From NCBI GenBank assembly GCA_945874825.1, contig CAMCIK010000004.1:4606-68605 (forward strand): a DNA stretch of 64,000 nucleotides. The letters are read 5' to 3'. Origin of the DNA: Phenylobacterium deserti. GTDB lineage: Bacteria; Pseudomonadota; Alphaproteobacteria; Caulobacterales; Caulobacteraceae. Shown one piece after another: positions 12,587-22,930 of this stretch; positions within the stretch are counted from its first letter, which is position 1, and each line of letters begins with the position of its first letter. The notes beneath the pieces were generated by a model that ran no database searches, was not told the origin of the DNA, and saw only the letters and a program-made list of their open reading frames with translations. A program made the translations under genes and the position numbers.

Positions 12587-12616
12587 GCGGCTCTCCCTCG
12601 GCTCTCGGGGTGCAGA

Positions 12617-13402
12617 CTATATGGTGAGGCTTGCCGGGTCTTTAACCCTGGCGATGACGGCGGCGTCCACCGCTGCCGCGCCCGCAGCCCGCAGGGCCCG
12701 GGCGCAGGCCTCGAGCGTCGCCCCTGTGGTCATGACGTCGTCGATGAGGAGGATGCGGCGGCCTTCCACCGTCCGGCGTCGCCCGTCGGGGACGGTGAAG
12801 GCCGCAGCGACATTGCGGCGTCGCCCGGTTCCCGAACGCCCGGCCTGCGCACCGGTGTCCCGCCTGCGGACCAGGGCGTCGGCCAGGTAGTCCGTCGACC
12901 AGAGCCGGGCCAGGGGCCGGGCGATCTCGGCGGCCTGGTTGTAGCGCCGGCGGAACAGACGCGAGGCATGCAGGGGCACGGGGGCGACGGCGTCGGCCTC
13001 GGCCAGAAGGTCCCGGGCCGAGCGCGAGATCCAGCGGACAAACAGGGGCGCCAGGTCCGTGCGGTCGGCGTACTTCAACTGCAGGACCGGTCCGCGTGAG
13101 GTCTCGTCGTAGAGGCAGGCCGCCCGGGCGCGGTCAAAGGCCCGGGGCTTGGCCAGGCAGGCGGCGCAGCGCGCGCCTGGCCCCAGGCTGAACTCGAAGG
13201 GCGTCCCGCACCCGTCACAGACCGGGTCTTCCAGGAAGGTGATGCGATTCCAGGCCTCAGCGGTCAGGCCCGGTGTCAGGACCGGACTGTCGTCGTCGAG
13301 GGCGCGATGCGGGTAGATGAGGTCAAGTGCCGCCCGGCGGGCCCGGGCCAGTGGCCCTGCGGGTTCCCATGCCCGGCCGAAGCGTTCATTGTCCCGGCCC
13401 AT
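12617..13402 (-). CDS. ComF family protein (phosphoribosyltransferase domain)
   Basis: 261 aa. N-terminal Cys pairs (CDGCG...CAAC) and PRPP loop ILLIDDVMTTGATL. Confidence 0.8.
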   Translation of the reverse strand: MGRDNERFGRAWEPAGPLARARRAALDLIYPHRALDDDSPVLTPGLTAEAWNRITFLEDPVCDGCGTPFEFSLGPGARCAACLAKPRAFDRARAACLYDETSRGPVLQLKYADRTDLAPLFVRWISRSARDLLAEADAVAPVPLHASRLFRRRYNQAAEIARPLARLWSTDYLADALVRRRDTGAQAGRSGTGRRRNVAAAFTVPDGRRRTVEGRRILLIDDVMTTGATLEACARALRAAGAAAVDAAVIARVKDPASLTI

Positions 13403-14330
13403 GCCGTCCTCCGCCTCGCCCCCCCGGATCTTCGACCGCGACCTCCTGCGCCGGCGGCTGGACAGGGCCGCCCCGGGCTATGCCGAAGCCGACTTCCTGA
13501 AACGCCGGGCCGCAGGCGACATCGTGATGCGCCTGGAAGCCATCATGCGCGACTTCCCCCGCGCCGTCGACCTCGGCGCCCGCAATGGCGCCTTCGCCCA
13601 GGCCCTGGCCGCCAGCGACGCCGCGCCCCGGGTGGGCCTCCTGGTCGAGGCCGACCTGTCCGGCCGGATGCTCGCCGGCCGCAGCGGGATGCGGGTCCTC
13701 GCCGACGAAGAGCGCCTGCCCTTTGCGCCGGCCAGCCTAGACCTCATCGTCTCCAGCCTGTCCCTGCACTGGGCCAATGACGTGATCGGCGCCCTTGTCC
13801 AGGCGCGGCTGGCGCTGAAGCCCGACGGCCTTTTTGTCGGCGCCCTCCTGGGCGGGGCGACGCTGACCGAGTTGCGCCAGTCCCTTACCGCCGCCGAGCT
13901 GGAGCTGACGGGCGGCGCCGGCCCCCGGGTCTCGCCCTTCGCCGATCCGTCAGACGCTGCAGGGCTCCTGCAAAGGGCCGGCTTCGCCCTTCCGGTGGCC
14001 GACGTCGACCGGGTGACCGTGCGCTACGACCATCCCCTGAAGCTCTTGGCCGATCTGCGCCGGATGGGCGAGACCTCCGTCCTGGCCGAGCGCCATCCCC
14101 GGCCCCTGACCCGGCGGGTCCTGGCCCGGGCCTTTGAGCTTTACCAGCGGAACTTCGCCGACCCCGACGGGCGCCTGCCAGCCACCTTCGAGATCCTCAC
14201 CCTGACCGGCTGGTCGCCCTCGGAGATCCAGCAGAAGCCCCTGCGACCTGGCTCCGCGAAGATGCGGCTGGCCGACGCCCTGGGCGGGGAGGAACACAGC
14301 GTTCCCGGGACCCGGCCTCAGCGGCGCTGA
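13401..14330 (+). CDS. class I SAM-dependent methyltransferase
   Basis: Track ORF starts at 13317. ATG 13401 gives MPSSASPPRIFDRDLL..., a typical start for the methyltransferase found beside comF/grxC in alphaproteobacteria. Motif I-like VDLGARNG is present. Confidence 0.7.
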   Translation: MPSSASPPRIFDRDLLRRRLDRAAPGYAEADFLKRRAAGDIVMRLEAIMRDFPRAVDLGARNGAFAQALAASDAAPRVGLLVEADLSGRMLAGRSGMRVLADEERLPFAPASLDLIVSSLSLHWANDVIGALVQARLALKPDGLFVGALLGGATLTELRQSLTAAELELTGGAGPRVSPFADPSDAAGLLQRAGFALPVADVDRVTVRYDHPLKLLADLRRMGETSVLAERHPRPLTRRVLARAFELYQRNFADPDGRLPATFEILTLTGWSPSEIQQKPLRPGSAKMRLADALGGEEHSVPGTRPQRR

Positions 14331-15118
14331 AGCGGTCCGGGCGTCCGGTCCGCGGCGAGGTCGACCAACAGGTCCCCGGGCGGGTCGCCAATCAACCGCC
14401 GCGTGATGCGCTCATAGCGGGCCAGGAAGTCGTCCAGCTCGGCATCGTCCATGGCCCGGCCTGGTCGGCCGGCGGCGATGGCGCGGGCCAGGTCCGCCTC
14501 CTGCTCGCCCCGCCACCGGTGGACGGTGGCAAAGTCCGGGGCCCGGAGGAAGACCGTCAGGTCGGGGGCCTCGAAGAGGGTCCGGTAGGGTCCGGCCAGC
14601 GCCGCCTCCACCGCCCCGCGCCAGGTCCCGTCGGGGTCCTGCTCACGCTCCAGGGCGTTGACTGGCTCCGAGGCAGAGGCCCCGGGGTCCGACCGCGCCC
14701 CCAGGCACCACCCCTCGAGGATGACGACGTCGGCGGGACCCTCGAAGACGGGCCGTTCCGCCTCGGGAAGGGGGGCGTCCCGGCCCTTGTCGAAGCGTGG
14801 CAGGCGGACAGATCCCGGGCGGCCGAGGGCCCCTAGAACGGACAGGGCCAGGGCTGGATCATGAGTGCCCGGCGGGCCGCGTACGGCGAACAGGGGGTGG
14901 ACCCGGCGGGCCAGGTCCGCCCTCGCCTCCGGGCTAAGGTAGACGTCGTCAAGGGAAAGGACCGCACAGGACCGACCTGCAGCCGCCAGGGCCCCGGCGA
15001 GGTTCGCCGCCAGGGTGGACTTGCCCGAGCCCTGCGCCCCGGACAGCCCCAGCACCCAGCCCGGCCGGTCGGCCCGCGCCAGGACGAGATCGGCCAGGGC
15101 CTCGGCCAGCCCCGCCAT
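14318..15118 (-). CDS. P-loop kinase (glycerate-3-kinase/uridine-kinase-like)
   Basis: 266 aa. Walker A GLSGAQGSGKSTLA followed by LSLDDVYL. Confidence 0.65.
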   Translation of the reverse strand: MAGLAEALADLVLARADRPGWVLGLSGAQGSGKSTLAANLAGALAAAGRSCAVLSLDDVYLSPEARADLARRVHPLFAVRGPPGTHDPALALSVLGALGRPGSVRLPRFDKGRDAPLPEAERPVFEGPADVVILEGWCLGARSDPGASASEPVNALEREQDPDGTWRGAVEAALAGPYRTLFEAPDLTVFLRAPDFATVHRWRGEQEADLARAIAAGRPGRAMDDAELDDFLARYERITRRLIGDPPGDLLVDLAADRTPGPLQRR

Positions 15119-15122
15119 GGCC

Positions 15123-15533
15123 TCAGACCAGGTCCCGGAGCCAGGCTACCAGGGGAGCGTCCGCCGGCGGCATGGGATAGTCGCCCAGCTGGTTCGGTTT
15201 CACCCAGGCCAGGCCCGAGTGCTCCCTGGCCGTCACCACCCCTGTCCAGCGCCGGACAAGGTAGAGGGGCATGAGCAGGTGGAAGTCGTCGTAGGCGTGA
15301 CTGGCAAAGACAAACGGGGCGAGGCAGGCCTCGGTGACGCCGATCCCCAGCTCCTCGGATAGCTCACGGATCAGGCAGGCCTCCGGCGACTCGCCAGCCT
15401 CGACCTTGCCGCCGGGAAATTCCCAGAGCCCGGCCAGGGCCTTGCCTTCAGGCCGCTGGCAGATGAGCACCCGGCCGTCGACATCGACCAGGGCGGCGGC
15501 GGTTACGAGCAGCAGGCGGCGGGTTTCGGACAT
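15123..15533 (-). CDS. mutT: (deoxy)nucleoside triphosphate pyrophosphohydrolase, MutT-type Nudix
   Basis: 136 aa. Nudix box GGKVEAGESPEACLIRELSEELGI. Its stop lies 4 nt before the kinase start. Confidence 0.8.
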   Translation of the reverse strand: MSETRRLLLVTAAALVDVDGRVLICQRPEGKALAGLWEFPGGKVEAGESPEACLIRELSEELGIGVTEACLAPFVFASHAYDDFHLLMPLYLVRRWTGVVTAREHSGLAWVKPNQLGDYPMPPADAPLVAWLRDLV

Positions 15534-15800
15534 GCCGCCTTGATCGCCCCGGAGGCCGGCCTTGGCAAGCCGGGCTTGACTTCCGGGGCCCGGAAGGCCA
15601 CTTCCCCCCTGCGCCTCGGTTCGTCCGGTGCGATATCGGCGTTCCAGTCGCGTGAGGATTGCTTCGGCAGTCCGCCTGTCGAGCGCCCTGAAGCGACATC
15701 GCAGATCGCCCCGCCGCGCGGGGGCATCCCCACGAAGATCCGCCGAACGGCGCCCCGGACAGGGGCCGCACGATTCCGCGTACCGAAAGACACCTTACCC

Positions 15801-17270
15801 TTGACCCAGTTCACCGACCTCGGCCTCGATCGCGGCCTCCTCAAGGCCCTGTCCGACGAGGGATACGTCAAGCCGACGCCCATCCAGGCCCAGGCCATCC
15901 CCCCCGTCATGGCGGGGCGCGACCTCCTGGGCATCGCCCAGACGGGCACCGGCAAGACCGCCGCCTTCGCCCTGCCCATTCTCCACCGCTTGGCGGCCGA
16001 CCGCCGCCCGGCCCCCCGGCGCGGCTGCCGGGTGCTCGTCCTGTCGCCTACCCGTGAGCTCGCCACCCAGATCGGCGAGAGCTTCAAGGCCTACGGTCGC
16101 CACCTCGGCGTTTCCGTCACCGTGATCTTCGGCGGCGTGAAGTACGGCGGCCAGATGCGGGCCATGGCGCCCGGCGTCGACGTGCTCGTCGCCACGCCCG
16201 GCCGCCTGATCGACCATCTGGGCGAGAAGACCGTCACCCTCCAGGGCGTCGAGACCTTCGTCCTCGACGAGGCCGACCAGATGCTGGACATGGGCTTCAT
16301 CCTGCCGATCCGGCGGATCGTGAAGTACCTGCCCAAGGCTCGCCAGAACCTCTTCTTCTCGGCCACCATGCCGACGGAGATCGGCAAGCTGGCCGGCGAA
16401 CTCCTGAACCCCGACCCCGTCCGGGTCGCGGTGACGCCCCAGGCCACCACGGTGGAAAAGGTCCAGCAGAAGGTCATCTTCGTCGAGCAGGACCGCAAGC
16501 GCGCCCTGCTGGCCGAGCTGTTCGAGAACAAGGATTTCCGCCGGGTGATCGTCTTCACCCGCACCAAGCGCGGCGCCGACCGCGTGGCCCGAGCCCTCGA
16601 GCAGTCAGGGGTCGAGGCCGCATCCATCCATGGTGACAAGAGCCAGGGCCAGCGCGAGCGCGCCCTGGCGGCCTTCAAGGCGGGCGAGGTCAGGGCCATG
16701 GTCGCCACAGACATCGCCGCCCGGGGCATCGACATCGACGCGGTCAGCCACGTGGTCCAGTACGAACTGCCCAACGTACCGGAGTCCTACGTTCACAGGA
16801 TCGGGCGGACGGCCCGGGCCGGAGCCGGCGGCACGGCCGTGGCCTTCTGCGCTGATGACGAGCGCAACCTGCTCAAGGACATCCTGAAGGTCACCCGCCA
16901 GAACATTCCCAACGAGGACCGTCGGCGGGACGCCGGCCTCTCGGTCATGACGGCCCACCTGCCGGACGGCGCCAAGGAGCCTTCCGAGCCCAAGGGCCGT
17001 CAGGGCCAGGGCGGCCATCGCAAGGGTGGTGCCCCCCGGGGCGGCTCCCCCAGGGGCAGCTCACCCAGGAGCGACTCCGGTGGTGCCCGTGCAGCGGACG
17101 GCTCGTCCCGGCCCGAGGGCCGCTCGGACCTGCCTGGCGGCCTGCGCAAGCAGAGGAACCGCCCGGAGGCCAAGGGCGACGGCTTCGCGTCTACCCGGCC
17201 CATAGACCAGTCCCAGTTCCGTGGCCCCAAGCGCGAGGGTGCCGGGGCCAAGTGGAGTCCGGTCGACTAG
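15801..17270 (+). CDS. DEAD-box ATP-dependent RNA helicase (RhlE-like) with Arg/Gly-rich tail
   Basis: Motifs AQTGTGKT, DEAD (VLDEADQMLD), SAT and HRIGRTARAG. The track ORF begins at 15540 but helicase-like sequence begins at Q-motif FTDLGL. In-frame TTG 15801 is my best start guess. Confidence 0.85.
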   Translation: MTQFTDLGLDRGLLKALSDEGYVKPTPIQAQAIPPVMAGRDLLGIAQTGTGKTAAFALPILHRLAADRRPAPRRGCRVLVLSPTRELATQIGESFKAYGRHLGVSVTVIFGGVKYGGQMRAMAPGVDVLVATPGRLIDHLGEKTVTLQGVETFVLDEADQMLDMGFILPIRRIVKYLPKARQNLFFSATMPTEIGKLAGELLNPDPVRVAVTPQATTVEKVQQKVIFVEQDRKRALLAELFENKDFRRVIVFTRTKRGADRVARALEQSGVEAASIHGDKSQGQRERALAAFKAGEVRAMVATDIAARGIDIDAVSHVVQYELPNVPESYVHRIGRTARAGAGGTAVAFCADDERNLLKDILKVTRQNIPNEDRRRDAGLSVMTAHLPDGAKEPSEPKGRQGQGGHRKGGAPRGGSPRGSSPRSDSGGARAADGSSRPEGRSDLPGGLRKQRNRPEAKGDGFASTRPIDQSQFRGPKREGAGAKWSPVD

Positions 17271-17275
17271 GAAGA

Positions 17276-17397
17276 GCCGACTTCAGCTGACCCCCTCCGG
17301 CCCGCTTCGCGGTCCACCTCCCCCTGATGGGGAGGAATTGCAGCGCCAATGGCTCCCCCAAGGAGGAGCTGTCGGCGAAGCCGACTGAGGGGGTCAA
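17276..17397. repeat. REP-like nested palindromic element between convergent genes
   Basis: Outer inverted repeat TGACCCCCTC (17288-17297) / GAGGGGGTCA (17388-17397). Inner hairpin CCTCCCC-ctgat-GGGGAGG (17317-17335). Resembles the CCTCCCC...GGGGAGG intergenic repeats common in alphaproteobacteria. Confidence 0.55.
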
Positions 17398-17457
17398 GGG
17401 CGGCTCGGCTGGCCACCTCTGCCCTAGGGCAAGGCGGTCGACCCACGGCCTGCAGCC

Positions 17458-18897
17458 CTAGCTGCGGTAGTCCCCGTTGATGGCCACGTACTGCTTGGTC
17501 AGGTCGCAGGTCCAGATCGTAGCGGAGCCGCGACCAACGCCGACGTCGACGCTGACCTCCAGCTCGGCCTGCTTCATGTAGGCGCTCATCTTCGCCTCAT
17601 CGTAGGTGGGAGAGATGAGGCCGTCCTGGGCGGCAACCAGGGGCCCGAACTGGACCCTCAGCCGGGTCCGGTCGATGGGCTCGTCGGCACGGCCCACCGC
17701 CATGACGATCCGGCCCCAGTTGGCGTCCTCGCCGGCAAAGGCCGTCTTGACCAGGGGGCTCTCGGCGATGGTCCGGGCGATCTTGCGCGCCGAGGCGGGG
17801 CTTTCCGCGCCCGAGACATTGATGCGCACAAACTTGGTCGCCCCCTCCCCGTCACGCACCAGTTGAAGGGCGAGGTCCAGGAGGACCGCCTCGAGCTTCT
17901 CGCGGAAGTCCGCCAGCCGGCGGTCGCCAGCGCGGCTGATCCGCGGTGCCCCGGACTTGCCGGTGGCGAACAGGAGGAGGGTGTCGTTGGTGGAACGGTC
18001 CCCGTCCACTGTCACGCAGTTGAAGGTCGAGCGCGTATAGAGGCTGGCCAGGGTCTGCAGGGCATTGGGGGCGATGTCAGCGTCCGTGGCGACGAAGGCC
18101 AACATGGTGGCCATGTCTGGCGCGATCATGCCGGAACCCTTGCAGATACCGGCGATCCGGACCGTCTTCCCGTCGATCTCGGCCTCAGCGAAGGCCCCCT
18201 TGGGGAAGGTGTCGGTGGTCATGATCGCCCGGGCGGCGGCAGACCAGGCGTCGGAGGCCAGTGCGGCCTCGGCCTCGGGCAGGCGCTGAGTGATCTTCAC
18301 ATCGTCCAGGAGCACGCCGATGACGCCCGTGGAGGCCAGCATCACGTCGCGCTGGCGGCAGTCGAACCGCTTGGCCACGGCCGAGGCGACCCGGCGGGCG
18401 GCGTCCGCACCGGGCTTGCCCGTGAAGGCATTGGCGCAGCCAGCGTTCACCACCAGGGCCCGGGCGTCCTCGCCCTGGGACTGGGCTAGGGCCCGGCGGC
18501 ACCAGTCCACCGGCGCCGAGCCCACGCCATGCCGGGTGAAGACCCCTGCGACGCTTGTGCCCTCGGCGAAGCGCATGACCAGAAGGTCCTCGCGCTCGTG
18601 CTTGTAGAAGCCAGCCCGGCCAGTGGCGATCTCCACGCCCTCGATGGGGGGAATGCGCGGAAAGGGAACGGCGAGGGGCGAAACGGGCAAGGCACCCTTG
18701 GCCGGCGTCGCCGCCTCTGGCGTGGGACGGTCGAAGGCCCTGGCCTGCCGGTCAGCGCGCCTCAGCGAGGCCCGCTTGAGCGCCGAGGTCAGGGGATCCA
18801 GGGCCTTCTCGAAGGTCTGCCCCACCACCTCGACCGGCGTTGCGGCGGCGCGCCGGCGCCGGGCGGAGGACTCGGGCGTCTCGGGCTTGCGGCTCAT
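17458..18897 (-). CDS. argJ: bifunctional glutamate N-acetyltransferase / amino-acid acetyltransferase ArgJ
   Basis: The autoprocessing site [13 protein letters not shown] and the rest of the sequence are ArgJ-like. Track ORF extends to 19143 but overlaps the PPIase gene. ATG 18897 overlaps the PPIase stop (ATGA). About 65 aa of N-terminal extension precede the usual ArgJ start. Confidence 0.88.
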   Translation of the reverse strand: MSRKPETPESSARRRRAAATPVEVVGQTFEKALDPLTSALKRASLRRADRQARAFDRPTPEAATPAKGALPVSPLAVPFPRIPPIEGVEIATGRAGFYKHEREDLLVMRFAEGTSVAGVFTRHGVGSAPVDWCRRALAQSQGEDARALVVNAGCANAFTGKPGADAARRVASAVAKRFDCRQRDVMLASTGVIGVLLDDVKITQRLPEAEAALASDAWSAAARAIMTTDTFPKGAFAEAEIDGKTVRIAGICKGSGMIAPDMATMLAFVATDADIAPNALQTLASLYTRSTFNCVTVDGDRSTNDTLLLFATGKSGAPRISRAGDRRLADFREKLEAVLLDLALQLVRDGEGATKFVRINVSGAESPASARKIARTIAESPLVKTAFAGEDANWGRIVMAVGRADEPIDRTRLRVQFGPLVAAQDGLISPTYDEAKMSAYMKQAELEVSVDVGVGRGSATIWTCDLTKQYVAINGDYRS

Positions 18898-19847
18898 GGT
18901 GCCTTCCCCTCCTTGCGGTTCGGCGGCGGATCCGTCGCAGGCGGCGCTGCGGCGGGCTCCCGGGGCTGGCCGGGAACATCGGGCGTGGTCTTCAGGAAGG
19001 TCTGCACCTTGGCCTGGCCCCGGAGTTTCTCGAGAAGGTCGCGAACCTGGTCGTAGGTCAGGAAACGTACGATCTGCGGACGCGCGGCCTCCAGGGAGAT
19101 AGGCACCTCGGGCCGGCGGTCCTCGATCCTGACCAGGGCCCATCCGCCCTCCACCGGAAACGGTCCGATGGTCTGGCCAGCCGCGGCGGTCTTGAGGGCA
19201 GCCGCATAGGAATCCGGCATGATGTCGACCGTGAAATAGCCGAGGTCGCCGCCATTGAACCGGGTCGTCGCATCCACGCTCCGCTCCATGGCTAGGGCCT
19301 CGAAGGATCCACCGGATCCCAGGAGCCTGCGGACCGCATCGGCTTCGGCCTGGGTGGCGACCACGATCTGGCGGGCGCGGATCTCCTCGGTCTGTCGAGA
19401 GAGCCGTACCTGCTCCTGGTAGAGGCCGCGGATGGCGGACTCGCTGATCGCACCAGAGACGGTGGAGTCGACCACCAGGTCCGCCAGGATCCGCTCGCGG
19501 GCGGCCGCCAGACGCCGTTGGACGGCCGGATCCCGGTCGAGCTTGCGCCGGGTCGCCTCCGCGGCCAGCAGGCGCCGGTCGATCACCTCGTCGGTGGTGC
19601 GCCGAAAGGGATCGGACGCCGGATCCAGGGGCTCGCCCTCGCCGATCAGGCCCTGGGCGACCGCCTCACGCTTGACGTCGGAGGTCCAGATGGGGGCGCC
19701 CTCAACCCGAGCGACGACCGTGTCGCCAGGCTCAGGCGGGGCATCCGCCTTCTGGTGGCCTTCGCATGCGGACAGGAGCAAGCCGCCGACCAGCAGCACC
19801 GCGGCGAGCGGGCGGGCCTGCCTGAGGACAGTGAGGTGCTGGAACAT
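18894..19847 (-). CDS. parvulin-type peptidyl-prolyl isomerase (SurA/PpiC family) lipoprotein
   Basis: 317 aa. Lipobox LLLSAC and PpiC-type domain (...ARQIVV...GGDLGYFT...). Confidence 0.8.
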   Translation of the reverse strand: MFQHLTVLRQARPLAAVLLVGGLLLSACEGHQKADAPPEPGDTVVARVEGAPIWTSDVKREAVAQGLIGEGEPLDPASDPFRRTTDEVIDRRLLAAEATRRKLDRDPAVQRRLAAARERILADLVVDSTVSGAISESAIRGLYQEQVRLSRQTEEIRARQIVVATQAEADAVRRLLGSGGSFEALAMERSVDATTRFNGGDLGYFTVDIMPDSYAAALKTAAAGQTIGPFPVEGGWALVRIEDRRPEVPISLEAARPQIVRFLTYDQVRDLLEKLRGQAKVQTFLKTTPDVPGQPREPAAAPPATDPPPNRKEGKAP

Positions 19848-19949
19848 GTCCGCGAAACCCCTGAGACGACGGTTCAGAGCCTGTCCCTAGACCTTCCGGG
19901 GGGGCCTTGCAAAGCACGGCGATGCACGGGGGGTCGCGGGCGCTTCGCG

Positions 19950-19978
19950 TTGACAGTGAAGGGGGGGGTGCTTAAGTC
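19950..19978 (+). promoter_or_regulatory. candidate sigma70-type promoter upstream of secA
   Basis: TTGACA (19950-19955), 16-17 nt spacer, then TTAAGTC (19972-19978), about 95 nt upstream of the secA start. Sequence match only. Confidence 0.3.
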
Positions 19979-20071
19979 ACGGCCACCCCGGAGGAAGCGG
20001 GTTTTCCGGGCTCCTGGCGGGTCTTCAGGACGCACCGCCCTCCTCACCCCGCACAGGTCCGGACCCATCTC

Positions 20072-22828
20072 GTGAGCATCTTCCAGCGTCTCTTCGGCTC
20101 CTCAAATGACCGCAAGGTCAAGGCCCTTGCGAGCAGGGTGGCGAAGATCAACCGCCTCGAGCCCAGCACCCAGGCGCTGAGTGACGAGGCACTGAGGGCC
20201 AAGACCGTCGAGTTCCGCGAGCGCCTCGGGCGCGGCGAGACCCTGGACCAACTGCTGGAGGAAGCCTTCGCCGTGGTGCGAGAGGCGTCCAGGCGGGTGC
20301 TCGGCCAACGCCACTTCGATGTCCAGCTGGTCGGCGGGATCGTCCTGCATGAGGGCGGTATCGCCGAGATGCGTACCGGCGAGGGCAAGACCCTCGTCGC
20401 CACCTCGCCGGTCTACCTGAACGCCCTGGCGGGCAAGGGCGTCCATGTCATCACCGTCAACGACTACCTCGCCCAGCTACACGGCAACTGGATGGGCCAA
20501 GTCTACCGCTTCCTCGGCCTGTCTGTCGGCGTCATCGTGCACGGTCTCAGCCAGGGCCAGCGCAAGGCGGCCTATGCGTCCGACATCACCTACGGCACCA
20601 ACAACGAATTCGGCTTCGACTATCTCCGGGACAACCTCGTCTACGAGCTCGACGAGATGGTGCAGCGGGGCCACAACTTCGTCATCGTCGACGAGGTGGA
20701 CTCGATCCTGATCGACGAGGCGCGCACCCCCCTCATCATCTCGGGACCCACTGAAGACCGCTCGGACTTCTACCGGACCGTCGACGCCCTGGTGAAGGAA
20801 CTGATCAAGGATCCCTCGACCTTCGACCACGACGAGAAGCAGAGGCAGGTCATCCTCACCGAGGAGGGTGCCGAGACCGTCGAGGAGATGCTGAAGGCGG
20901 GCGATCACCTGGAGGAGGACACCACCGGCCTCTACGACGCCGCCAACGTTACGGTCGTGCACCACGTGAACCAGGCCCTGAAGGCCAACATCCTCTACAC
21001 CCGCGAGAAGGACTACATCGTCCGCTCGGGCGAGGTGGTGCTGATCGATGAGTTCACCGGCCGGATGATGCAGGGCCGGCGTCTGTCCGAGGGCCTGCAC
21101 CAGGCCATCGAGGCCAAGGAAGGCGCGCACGTCCAGCCCGAGAACCAGACCCTCGCCTCGGTCACCATCCAGAACTATTTCCGCCTTTACACCAAGCTGT
21201 CGGGCATGACGGGCACGGCCGCGACCGAGGCCCAGGAATTCGCCGATATCTACAGGATGGACGTCAGCGAAATCCCGACCAACCGGCCGGTCGCGCGGAT
21301 CGACGACGATGACGAGGTCTATCGCACGGAAGCCGAGAAGAACCGCGCCATCCTCAAGCAAATCGAGGACTGCTATGTCCGCGGCCAGCCCATCCTGGTG
21401 GGCACGGTCTCGATCGAGAAGTCCGAGTCCCTTTCGACCCTGCTGAACGCCCACGCCTACGAAGTCGACGGCAAGGCTCGGAAGGGCATTCCGCACAATG
21501 TCCTGAACGCCCGGTATCACGAGCAGGAGGCGGTGATCGTCGCCGACGCGGGCATCCCCGGAGCCGTGACCATTGCCACCAACATGGCCGGACGGGGCAC
21601 CGACATCCAGCTGGGCGGCAATATCGACATGCGGGTCCTGCGCTGGCAGGACGAGCAGCGCGGCCTGGGCATTGAGGTGACCCCGGACCAGGTGATCGCC
21701 CGCAAGGCCGAACTCGAGTCCGAGATCGCGGGTCTCAAGGCCCAGGCCCTCGCGGCCGGCGGCCTGTTCGTGCTGGGAACCGAGCGCCACGAGAGCCGGC
21801 GGATCGACAACCAGCTGCGCGGCCGGACCGGCCGCCAGGGCGACCCGGGGCGGTCCAAGTTCTTCCTGTCCTGTGAAGACGACCTCCTGCGCATCTTCGC
21901 CGGCGAGCGTCTGGACTCCATCATGCGCACCTTCGGGGTCCAGGACGGCGAAGCCATCACCCACAAGTGGCTGAACAACGCCATCGCCACCGCCCAGAAG
22001 CGCGTCGAGCAGCGCAACTACGAGATCCGCAAGAACCTCCTGAAGTACGACGACGTGGTCAACGACCAGCGCAAGGCCGTGTTCGAGCAGCGCGCCGAGT
22101 TCATGGCCGATGCGGACCTCTCGGACGTCGTGGCCGAGATGCGCCGCGACACCATCGCCGACCTGGTCCGCCGGCACCTGCCGCCCAAGGCCTATGCCGA
22201 GCAGTGGGATGTGGAGGGCCTGGCCGAGCAGACCCAGTCGATCCTCGGCCTCGACGTACCCGTCGCCCAGTGGGCGGCCGAGGAAGGCATTGCCAACGAG
22301 GAGATCGAGGAACGCCTACTGGCCGCCTCCGACCTCCGCGTTCAGGAACGCGAGGCCCTGATCAGCCCCGCCCAGATGCGGATGATCGAAAAGAGCTTCC
22401 TGCTCCAGACCATCGACCTGCAGTGGCGTGAGCACCTGACCCACCTGGACCACCTGCGCAACGTGATCGGCCTGCGCGGATACGGCCAGCGGGACCCGCT
22501 GAACGAGTACAAGACCGAGGCCTTCTCCCTGTTCGAGCGGCTGCTGGTGGACCTGCGCCACAACGTCACCCGCTGGCACATGACGGTCGAGTTCCAGTTT
22601 GCGGACCCCGAGCCGCCGCCCACCGCCTTCCAGGAGATCCACCTCGATCCCCTGACCGGCGAGAATGCCGCGCAGATGGGAATCCTGCCGGACGGCCTGT
22701 CGGTGGATCAGAGGCAGGCCCTGCCCTTCTCAGCCCTGCCCGACGGCTGGCAGCAGACGGGGCGCAACGCCGCCTGTCCCTGCGGCTCAGGCAAGAAGTT
22801 CAAGCACTGTCACGGGGCGCTGGTCTGA
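20072..22828 (+). CDS. secA: preprotein translocase ATPase SecA
   Basis: 918 aa. N-terminus [14 protein letters not shown]-like motor motifs, and C-terminal zinc finger [14 protein letters not shown]. Confidence 0.96.
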   Translation: MSIFQRLFGSSNDRKVKALASRVAKINRLEPSTQALSDEALRAKTVEFRERLGRGETLDQLLEEAFAVVREASRRVLGQRHFDVQLVGGIVLHEGGIAEMRTGEGKTLVATSPVYLNALAGKGVHVITVNDYLAQLHGNWMGQVYRFLGLSVGVIVHGLSQGQRKAAYASDITYGTNNEFGFDYLRDNLVYELDEMVQRGHNFVIVDEVDSILIDEARTPLIISGPTEDRSDFYRTVDALVKELIKDPSTFDHDEKQRQVILTEEGAETVEEMLKAGDHLEEDTTGLYDAANVTVVHHVNQALKANILYTREKDYIVRSGEVVLIDEFTGRMMQGRRLSEGLHQAIEAKEGAHVQPENQTLASVTIQNYFRLYTKLSGMTGTAATEAQEFADIYRMDVSEIPTNRPVARIDDDDEVYRTEAEKNRAILKQIEDCYVRGQPILVGTVSIEKSESLSTLLNAHAYEVDGKARKGIPHNVLNARYHEQEAVIVADAGIPGAVTIATNMAGRGTDIQLGGNIDMRVLRWQDEQRGLGIEVTPDQVIARKAELESEIAGLKAQALAAGGLFVLGTERHESRRIDNQLRGRTGRQGDPGRSKFFLSCEDDLLRIFAGERLDSIMRTFGVQDGEAITHKWLNNAIATAQKRVEQRNYEIRKNLLKYDDVVNDQRKAVFEQRAEFMADADLSDVVAEMRRDTIADLVRRHLPPKAYAEQWDVEGLAEQTQSILGLDVPVAQWAAEEGIANEEIEERLLAASDLRVQEREALISPAQMRMIEKSFLLQTIDLQWREHLTHLDHLRNVIGLRGYGQRDPLNEYKTEAFSLFERLLVDLRHNVTRWHMTVEFQFADPEPPPTAFQEIHLDPLTGENAAQMGILPDGLSVDQRQALPFSALPDGWQQTGRNAACPCGSGKKFKHCHGALV

Positions 22829-22834
22829 GGTCAC

Positions 22835-22855
22835 TGGCCCCGGTGATGCCGGGGC
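22835..22855 (+). terminator. hairpin after secA
   Basis: GGCCCCGG-tgatg-CCGGGGCC immediately after the stop, followed by TTCCT. Confidence 0.5.
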
Positions 22856-22930
22856 CTTCCTCACCTCTCAGATCGAACAGGCTGACGCCTTCCACCGACG
22901 CTCCGGCTTCACCGACCTGTAGCGACGGCT

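Noticed and set aside
15540-15800. 87-codon N-terminal extension of the DEAD-box helicase ORF
   Set aside because: No helicase-like sequence and odd composition. It would start 7 nt from the divergent mutT start. More likely a long 5' UTR, which is common for DEAD-box genes. Not proven.
19961-19968. G8 homopolymer inside the spacer of the candidate secA promoter (and a G7 run at 19898-19904), considered as a phase-variation tract
   Set aside because: secA is essential and the PPIase-argJ operon is housekeeping. Short G runs are expected by chance at this GC content. No supporting evidence.
20477-22177. 566-aa ORF on the minus strand
   Set aside because: Entirely antisense to secA, which has unmistakable motifs. 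Low-complexity Gly/Asp/Val/Leu-rich translation typical of shadow ORFs in high-GC DNA.
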